The notes under the pieces are model-generated. The model was not told the DNA's origin and ran no database searches. It was given only the letters and a program-made list of their open reading frames with translations. DNA of 64,000 nucleotides from Eledone cirrhosa (taxonomy: Eukaryota). Both the position numbers and the translations under genes were made by a program. Below are positions 37,401 to 47,960 of the stretch, piece after piece (position 1 is the stretch's first letter; every line of letters starts with the position of its first letter). The DNA is taken from NCBI GenBank assembly GCA_964016885.1, contig OZ024750.1:13764001-13828000 (forward strand). Reading direction: 5' to 3'.

Positions 37401-40400
37401 TTCTTCATCTTCAAAAGATGCCCATCCTGAGACATCATGCGCCAAGTTAGTATAAATAGATGGTGATTGAGCAACAGCAGCAGCAGTGACAAGACCTGGT
37501 AAACCACCTCCACTAACCACTGTCCCCGCTGGGACTGCACTGCCAGTTGTTGTGTTTGTCACAGGCGTTGCAGGAGCTGTAGTTACAAACTGGGAAGGCA
37601 TTGCTGGATAAACTGTAGCTACTGGTGTCACTTGTCCGACTTGTCCGACACCTCCTGCATTGGCTGCTACATTGGTCCCTGAACTAGTCATGCTGGTATT
37701 GACAGATGCAGGAGCTGTTTGCTGCTTGCCGATCGTAGCTAATTTCACTCTGTTGGTAGGAGATGTAGGTGGTGACTGTTTTGGGGAAAATGGTGGTGAT
37801 TTACTATCAAGAGGAGACTCATCCCGGCTCTAAAAGGTTAAAAAAAAATTATAATTTAGCAAAAAACATTACATTAAAATCTGTACAACAACTATTTTGA
37901 TAACAAATTCATCCGAAATAAATAACTCCTAATTTTTATAAAGTGAAATATTACGAAATGTATTGAATGCTTTTATCAGCAGAACTGGTCTGCTGGAGAA
38001 TGAGTCGCAGGTGGCAAATATTAGCCTCTTGAAGCTTATATTGAAAGATAGGTCTCTGTGGGTAGTGCAAATTTATGCACCAAACAAAGATCTGTCAACT
38101 TCGTAAATAAGAAGTACTCCTCCATACCCACTATCAGGAATCAGTCTGGGTTTCTACTCTCTCCAGAGAGGTGCAGCCTCACAAAGTGGAGAAAATACTT
38201 TGCTGATCTCCTAAACTCGATTACGCAGCATCTTTTGATGTACACGAGATGCATCAGGGAGAGATGACTAATCAGCTGGAAATGGTTGCTTCTGATGGGA
38301 CTTGCTGGAAGGAGTGTTTGAAGACTCTGCTCCTATGACCTTCTCAGGAATAAGTCTGCACAGAAGAAGTATTGAAAGTTTTCTATTATACTTGACAGTT
38401 AAATAAAAGGTTATATTGTTCTTCCCTTCTTCCCATGATGTGGTGGTAGCTTTCACATTCAAATATATGAAGTAGGAGGATGATCTCTATTTTTAACTTC
38501 TCAACCAACTTAAATGTAAATGATGGAAGAGGAGACTGGTTCAAAACATGTTTAACTATTATATTACTTCAGAATTTAAAAAATAATTATCACGAAAGAC
38601 AAATATATCTTTGCCTTCAATATTCTACTGGATGATCATTCTACAAATACAAAAAAAAAGTTTTCTTGCCCAGACAGAAGTTCATAAACTGGGACAGGAA
38701 GAGCTACAGTAGAATAAATTAACTACAGTACTTGACTGATGCTTACAATAAACTTTTGAAATTATTTTATGTAAAATGTTGCAGATATAGTGTCAAAATA
38801 TCTAACACAAATATTGTTTGTAAGCAAATGAAGATATGTTTATGAAGCATCATCATCCTCATCACTGTCTGGTTTAACATCTTTACTTGTCACACAAGTA
38901 TTGGACGTTTTGGTAGCCTCTTTCAAAGCTTCTCTCCAGAGTGTTTGTTCCAAGGATAGGTTTTGGTCCAGGTTCCAGGCTTTCAGATCATCCCTGATTT
39001 CCTCTTCCCTGGTCTTACAAGGGTGCCCTCTTCTTGTCTATCAGAAGGCCACAATCTTAATACATCGATGTATCCACCCACCACTACGGTTCACATGTCC
39101 AAATTGATGCAGTTTGCATGATCTTAAAAGAAGGTTAAGTGGACAGTCTGAATTTTAGGCACCACATATCCAGCAGCCCATAATATTTTCACTTCTCTCA
39201 AGTTGCAATGCAACAACACAAATTAATCACAGACATTAAACACCCTGCCTTTTGCTTCAAGGAATAGGCACCTTCCAATCAGGAAATGAAAAATGCTGAA
39301 ACAAATTAATTTGAAATGAAAAAAAGAAAAGCTATTTAGAAAAAAAATTATCTTACATCTAGATATGTAATTAAATTGCTTTATTGTGTTATTTTAAGAA
39401 AGTTATTATGGTTCTGTAAATGCTAATTAGAAAGTTATAAAGATAAATTTGTCAAGTTAAATTTTTTAATACCGTTTTAATGTATTTGTATCATTAAGAC
39501 CTATCTAATATTGTGTTTATCTTCATTACATGCAAGGACATTAATATATATTGCTAAACGTCTAATTTTTTTAATCTTTTGAGACAACTTTTAATTGAGA
39601 TGAAATAAGCAAATAACATTTTTGTCTTCAATCTAAAAAAAAACAAAAAAAACTTTTATATGGTTTTAATTTTATGAAAACCATAAGATTTTTCCCAGTT
39701 TATAGGCTTCTACTTTATCTACAAAAATCACAGTTATCTAATTATTTATTCATTAGTTGAATTATTATTTCCTCATTAAGATTGGCCATTTAACCTAAGT
39801 GCCTCACTACAAATAAAATTAAGTTCCACACATACCACCACTACTATAACTATGAAGCTAATTCTTGCTCACAAAACACCTATACATCATAGACTATGTA
39901 CAATACACTTAGTCTCATTTTCATTAAATACGTGAACATTTTTGAAAACTAAAACTAAATATAGATATTAAGAATATAACCTTGTCATATAAAAACTATA
40001 AAATTAAATGAAGAGATCTATTAAACCTTAATACTTCTGACATCCACATACTGTTCAATAGGTCAATGAACACACCCTCTCTTCCTTATTATCCATAATT
40101 CCTTGCTTATACTGTTTTGTTCTTGATGAATCATGATAACTAGAAAGATAATACATTAGTACGAAGTACATAGATGATATTCTCCCTAGTCAAACTATTA
40201 AAAATATGAAAACCTTATACAGTTAATAATAAATTTGCATTAATGAAGTATAACTCAGTACCTACTAAAATTCAAACTAATTTTCCATGAAACAAAATAT
40301 TTATCAAACTATAAAAAAATATTACTAAGTTCAGTTTTCTACAATTATCAAGTTTGTAATACAATGATTTGGTATACATCTTTTTATGCCGGCTTTCTAT

Positions 40401-43400
40401 AATAGTATGAACAGGTCATCACAGTCCAAGTCAGTTTTTATTTTAAGTTACTGCCCTTATATATGTGTCGGGGGGACCAGGTTTTATTCATACATTCTAT
40501 GTTTGGCATTGTTTTTACAGCTGGATGCCCTTAACACCAAATACTTTACACAGTATACTAGATGCATTTTGTCAGGGCATTGACACTAGAGACGCTGCAA
40601 GACTAAAGAGTCAACTCTGATTTATATTGTCTCTGTTCTTTCAAGCTAACATGATGAAGAGAGAGAATAAATGAGAATTATTAAGAAGACACTCCTCCCT
40701 TTATTATATTATGATAGTATCAGTAGAGTGTCGGACACCATGCTTTGACGCATAGAGTTACGGCCCTTGCCATTCTGTGTTCAAATCTCGCTGAGGTTAA
40801 CTTTGCCTTTCATCCTTATGGGGTCGATAAAATAAAGTACCAGTAATGTACTGGATAATTGCTGGCCTTGTGCCAATAGTAGAAACAATTATATTATGAT
40901 AGAACCAGGGCATCTGAGTGATATATATAAAAGGATGATAGGAGAGAATAATGAGGATACAGAGGTAGCCTGTTATATGTTGGTTGTAGGTAGGGAGATT
41001 GAATACAAAAAAATTAATATGAAACACGAACAATGTAATGGAGAGAGAGAGAGAGAGAAATGAATAGGAGGAAGACAAAGTGATGGAAGACGGCGTACTA
41101 GAAGTGAGATAGGTGATGAAAGAGATAGATAGAGAGTGTGATTTTAATAATGAGTGATAAGGTGACAGGTAACTAAAAAGATGGGTGTTGATGAGAGAGT
41201 GAGAAAGAGATAGTGAAAATGGTAGATGTGAATAGAAATAACAGAACAAATAAGTGAATGAGAGAGAAAGAGAGAGATGAACAGTGATGGCTATCAGTTA
41301 AGGAAGCATTGAATATGGACAACAAACAAATGTAAAGTTTTAATCACCATCATCATCATTGTTGTTGTTTTTATGTCAACTTTTCCATGCTGGCATGGGT
41401 TTGATGAGGCTTTTTGAGGCAATATTTTACAGCCGGATGTACTTCCAGACATCAACACTTTTAATCACTTCTGTTGACATGCAGAGATAGGGTGCACTTA
41501 TTCTAAACCAGATACACACCATGTGTGTGTGTGTGTGTGTGTGTGTGCGTGCGTGCGTGCGAGTGAGTGTGTGTGTGTCTGTGTACATGTCTGTGTGACA
41601 TTATCATTATCACCGTTTTACTTTTTGTAGTCAACTGAAATGTGGCCTATAAGAAAGGTATCTTTATATTGGATATAGTTTCGTGTTTAAGTGTGAGAAT
41701 GAGAGGATGTACATGTGTGTATGCACCACAGAGCTCCAGTGAAGTGTGAATTAAGGTTTTGTAAAGTGTTACTAACTGTTCCAAGCTGAGATTACAAAGG
41801 CAACTTTATAATACAATCATAGCTATGTAGAATACATAATTTGCCACAGATTGTTAAAAGCTGACATATACTGGAAGAAGGTGTTGGTCTGAGTGAAAGA
41901 GATACAGAGATTTATTTTAAATCCCACTACATAAATTAGACATAACAATGACTGGAAGTATAATTCAACCAATGCTTAATTGGTATACATTTTACTTAGG
42001 CTTACCACATTAAGAGTATACACACATACATATTAGCAGGAAGGACTATACATGTGTGTGTGTGTGTGTATATACATATATAGATATATGCACACATGCG
42101 TGCAGGAACGTTATGAGTGATAGTGGGGGATGTGTGCAAATGTGGTGGTAGTAATCTAGAGTTACATGTGTATTACTAAGGGCAGTCAGTTTTTGACAGC
42201 GAGATCTTTGTCTGGAGCGGTGCACCATGCAAGTCGGCAGATGTGAGTACTGACCTTCAAGGGATAACCCAAACTCGTTGGACGTCGGGGAGCATTTTTT
42301 CTATTTTTCAGAAAAAAATTTTTCTGATCCAACTTTAAAAACAAAATGAAATGGTATACTTTTTTTTTTTAAATAAAAAAAAAATTTCACATTAACATTT
42401 GTATAGACTAATAGTTCTTTCTACAGGCAATGAAAGGTGAGAGAAAAATATATAAAATAACATCAGTAACAATATATCAAATAAGCCTACTTAAAATAAA
42501 ATGGGATATAATTTGATATTTTGGTTGTTAACCTCAAATGTTTTGTTTTGATTCCTACATGTACCCCCATTTTGATTTACAGTGTGCATATTTACATATT
42601 ATATACTACTCAGAGTTTGGAAAGATAATATATTCTCTACACCCATCAAAAAAAGATTTTGTTTCAGATTCAATTAAAAGAAGAGATTTTATAAAAACCT
42701 CCCACCATATAATCTCTTTGTTCTTCTCTGTATTGGTCTACAAAGATAAACTGGTAGTAAGAATCCCTGCTCTATTGAATACCCAGTGTTTTAGGAGGAT
42801 CACAACTAAACATTCATTCAATTATTTACTGTCAAAGGTATTTCTCTTTGAAGAAACTAAAAAGCAATCCCAAATATTCAACACAGAAATGCCCCGTTTT
42901 ACTGTCAACTGAAATAAGAAACAGAATTATTATAAAAATTAACATATCTACCTGTGAATATTGTGAGGGATTATCAGTTAAACTGCGGTATTGGCCAGAG
43001 AGATTACGAATATGGGACTTCTTAGTAGCTGGAGGGGGCGGTAACTGTCCTGTGGGTTGTGGAAGGGCTGGCTGTGAAGTTGTGCGAGATGAAGTAACTT
43101 GGTTGCCACTGTTGGCATTTACAGGACATACACTGCAACAGAAACAATACCTTTCATTGAAAACAACAAAAATAATACTGAATGATGATTTAGTATTAAT
43201 AAATGTAAATTTACGAGGGTCGGCTAGAAACTTCATAGGCTGACTATGAAGGAGTGATGCTAGAGCTGTGAAATCTTGCATGCATTAATTTCAACTCTTC
43301 CTATTAATAACTGCATTGTTTCTTTCCAGGGACTATGTTGAAAAATAAACCTCACTTGATCATTTCATGAGAGTATCTTGGTCAGCATATGAACTTTCCA

Positions 43401-46078
43401 TAGGCTGACTATGAAGGAGTGATGCTGGAGCTGTGAAATCTTGCATGCATTAATTTCAACTCTTCTTGTGAATAACTGCACTGTTTCTTTCCAGGGACTA
43501 TGTTGAAAAATAAACCTCACTTGGTCATTCCATGAGAGTATCTTGGTCAGCCTATGAACTTTTCAGTCTCCCTCACCCCACCTTCCTAATTGGTAATAAT
43601 ATAATTTTTTTTTTTTTTAATTTATCAAATATTTTACACAATTCTAAATAAAAAATTAAAAAACTGTACATGCAATACTGAACATTTTATTTTGGTTATT
43701 GTTTATAAATAGTTACTTAGTAAACAATTAATGTAAAGCCGTTCTTGGCTACCTGCCATACAATATTTGGAACAACTTTTATAATTACTAAATCTGATAA
43801 GAGCATGTAATGATGCTTTTATGCAGCAGAAGACAGATTGTAAAACAAAATATCAACAATGTACTTACCCATCTTGAATAGGAGTGGCATCAGACTCGCC
43901 AGATATCACATTACTAGAAATAGTTGGGCTAGCCTGGTTTTTCCATTTTTCTGAAGGGAAGAAAGAAGAAACTGTTGTTGACTGTAACAAATAACACTAT
44001 CAGGTAATTAGTCTTGAAAACACATTTCTTCAGGTAGGTCACCTATATCAAGCAATATCAAAGCAGCAGGGAAATAAATGAGTAGCCAGTTGAGACAGGT
44101 AAAATGTGGCAACTTATTTTCAATTTACAAGTTTAAGATGACAAACTCCTACATGTCATAAGACATTTCAAATGGCAACATGGTGGATTAGCAGAGTCAT
44201 TAGAACATTGAGCAAATACATAGCAATATTTCTCTGGTTCTTTACATTCTTGGTTCAAATCCCACCAAGGTGAACTTTATTTTATTGACCCAGAAAAGAT
44301 GAGAAGCAAAGTAGCAGTGAAGTACTAGGGTCAATTTAATCGACCTTCCACTACCTAAAATTGCTGGCCATATGCCTAAAACAGAAATCGGGTTAACTTT
44401 GCCTTTCCCTCTTACAGGCGGGGTCAATAAAATAAAGTAGTAGTAACACACCGGGGGGGGGGGGGTCAATATAATTGACTTTCCCATCCCTTCCCTTCAA
44501 ATTGCTGGCCTTGTGCCAAAAATAGAAATAATTATTTAACATCATAAAAAAGGTGGTGCATTGTCAGTATTGGTAGAGCATCGACATGTTTTACGACATA
44601 GTTACGTTCCTTTACGTTCAAATCCTGAGGTTAGCTTTGCCGTTTATCCTTATGGAACCAATAAAAATCAAGTACCAGTCAAGAACTGGGGTTGATTTAA
44701 TTGACGTTTCCCCTCCCCAAAATTGCTGGCCTTGTGCCTAAAATAGAAACGGTTATTTAAAAGCATAAAGACCTCCTAAAAACACATTATTGCTTCTCAG
44801 AACAGTAACTCATTGACGAAGAAACGTCTGCTCAGTGTCATCTTAAAGAAAAAAAATGTTTTCCATAGTAACAAGGGCTAAATATCTTTCTGCATAGTAA
44901 TATATTATGATAAAACATTTAAGTTTGTTGGGGGCTATCCATATTTTATTTCAAAATATTCAATGCACTTTATTTTTTTAGAAGTCAGTGTGTATTGATG
45001 TTTGTATTTAAGCACAGCAATGAACAAATGATGCTTTCCGTTTCTTAATTATTCTTAATTGATTTCTTTGTCAAGCCTGCCGGGAGTGGGGTATAATTTA
45101 TAGCTAGCTACTCATCTTCACTAACCTCCTTCCACTAAATCATGTCAATTTTACTATCAGAATAAATCTCTGGTCTAATTTGTGGTTAACATTTATTGGC
45201 AAACAAAACAATCTTTATCTAAAGTATGGATTATATTTATTTAATTTTTTTTTTTTTTTTTTTAAATGGAAAAGGAAATTCTTGCAGCACTATTTCAGAA
45301 TATATGACAACATAACAGGATTGTTTTCAGTGAGCGTGTAAAGTAGATCATTCTTGCTGTGCTATATACAGTGGTAATTCCTATAATTTAAAATGTGTAC
45401 CAAAAGTTATTTTAACCCTTTCATTTCTAATTAATGAATAAATGTAATTATTTTATTACTAAGATAGTAACTTAATGTAAGATTCTTATATAAAATTATG
45501 TTGGAAGATCTTAATTTAATTTTTAAACCTTTAAAATGGGTGGCTTTATTTCATAGAACCAGAGCTGGTTTTGGCTGGATTGGTAACAAAAGGGTTAAAA
45601 TAAATATCTGAAATCACTAACTTACCAAAATACCATGTCAATAAAATACAAAGTTACATTTCCAACAGAATTAAGAATGGTAATAAGATTATATTTTCAA
45701 AAATTTTTTTATAGATACTACCTATAATAACTGTATTCTATTTTACTGATATTTATAGGGTATTAAATAAAAACTGACATTTTATAGGTCTAAAAAAAAC
45801 GATGGAAGGAAGTGATGGAGGTTAATTTAAAAAGGACATTCCAGTGAAAATGTCATTTACTTCAGTATCAAATGAGGACAGCATAATTTCAAGACAAAAC
45901 GGATATAGGATATGTTTCATGTATAACTAACTACAAACTAGAGTCTATATCATACACTATACTTCTAAATCTTTGATGAAGTGGTTGGCCTATCTGGAAC
46001 AATTCAGTTATATATATATTGAATTATGCCATATATATATATGTGCGTATATATATATATACACATAAATACATACAC

Positions 46079-46115
<37 letters not shown>

Positions 46116-47917
46116 TAAATACATACATATATCATATGTATATATACAGACATAAATACATACATATATCATATATATACACATAAATACATACATATGC
46201 ATGATGATGATGATTATATATATATATATATATAAAGAAAAAAATATCTCAGAAAAAGAATAACAGCAGCTAGAAGACAATCAAAACCAGGTTTTTTAAA
46301 AAATATATTCTAGGTTTAGAATTACAAGCTAGGTCGTTAGGCTAATTCGAAAAATGTGTTTTAAAATAAATAGGTACTCAACTATCTATTTGGTTTGCTT
46401 TAAAAAATCCATAAAGGAATTTTAAAATAATAACAGGCTTTAAATTGATATATACATCTTCAAATAAACTGAATTTCATCTCTCTCTCAAATATCAGCTG
46501 TAAATTTTAGTTTGTCCAATAGTCAATTTTCTAGCTGAATATATCTTTTTATACTAAGAACATTAACATACTGTACAGTGGAGCATCCATATAACAAAAT
46601 AAGTGAACAGTTATGAATTGTAGAAAATGTTTATGAAATATAAGAACTTACCGTGTCCATTTGTCCGATGAAATTTTGGTAAAGAAACCTCCATTGCTAT
46701 GGAAAAGAATTAAATTAAAAATGAATTTAACAAATAAAAACGATGTTAGAATTTACATTAAATAAAAGCTTTTAGTGTTTCAATATTTGTTTCAGTGTGT
46801 AAGTATAAGTGTGTAAGTGTATATGTAAATGTATGTGTATATGCAAATCTATATGTGTAAGTGTATATTTAAATGAATGTGTATATGTAAGTGTATATGC
46901 AAATGTGTGTGTAAGTGTATGAATGCAACTGTGTTATTACATGTTGTTGGACCTCCACCATTAACCATGATGAGTACTCCAGTTGATTCAGTCACTCAAT
47001 GGAACTGTCTGTTAGTCAAATTAGAGTGTAGGTGGCTGAGCATTCCACAGATGCATGCACCCTTAACATAGCTTTCAGGAAGATTTACTACGAGACAATA
47101 TGTGACAAGGCTGGCCCCTTGAATTATCTGTACCTGGACTGTAGCAATGTGAAAATAATATTTCACAGCCAGCATCACTCCTTCATAGCCAGCCTATGAA
47201 CTTTCCAGCCCACACTCATGTATAACATGTAAGATAGTCTTATTTGAAATAAGTAATAAGTACAGAGAACGTTAAGTGTAGATAATAGCTTGTGATAGTT
47301 ATCACCATCAACATAGCTACTCAAAATATTAAAACCTGTCCTTACTAGCACTACTTAATCCTTTGTAAAACATTATCCACATAAAAAATCTACTCCTTAA
47401 GAGTCTATATTATTATATGTATCTTAGGACAGCGGATTGGCAGTATTGGTAGAGCATCAGACAACATGCTTTGCAGCATATAGTTACATCCTTTTACACT
47501 CGGAGTTCAAATCCCACTGAAGTTAGCTTTGCCTTTCATCCTGACAGAGTCAATAAAATAAAGTACCAATAAGGCACTGGGATCGATTTAATCAACTTTC
47601 CCCTCTCCCAAATTGTTGGCCTTGTGCTAAACCAGAAACAGTTATTATATGTATCTTGTTAACTGATATATTTTTATAACATTTTTCTATATGATATTAC
47701 AAGTGATGAATGCAAACACTGAAATACAGTGAAATGAATAACATGGTGATTATTGAAGGTCCTGTTTACCATTAACCCTTTTGATAAGCAAAACATCTAA
47801 CACCTGCTGGGAGGCGGGGGGGGGGGGGGGGGGGGGGTACCTTCATAATAATAGAAAGATAAGAGAGAAAGAGATAGTGGTTGTGGAAGGAGAGAATATG
47901 TATACACGCACACACAC

Positions 47918-47960
<43 letters not shown>

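Noticed and set aside
38268-38372. Minus-strand acceptor ttctgtgcag| as a REPS1 exon
   Set aside because: Stop codon after three codons in the required phase 0, and the region overlaps LINE-derived sequence
46008-46280. ORF-track entries over (TA)n, (CA)n, (GA)n and (GAT)n tracts (also 14656, 21733, 27906, 40797, 61288)
   Set aside because: Low-complexity translations of microsatellites, not genes
47816-47837. Poly-G runs (also near 6351, 52399, 56428) as functional G-quadruplexes
   Set aside because: Simple homopolymers within repeats, with unreliable length and no further evidence
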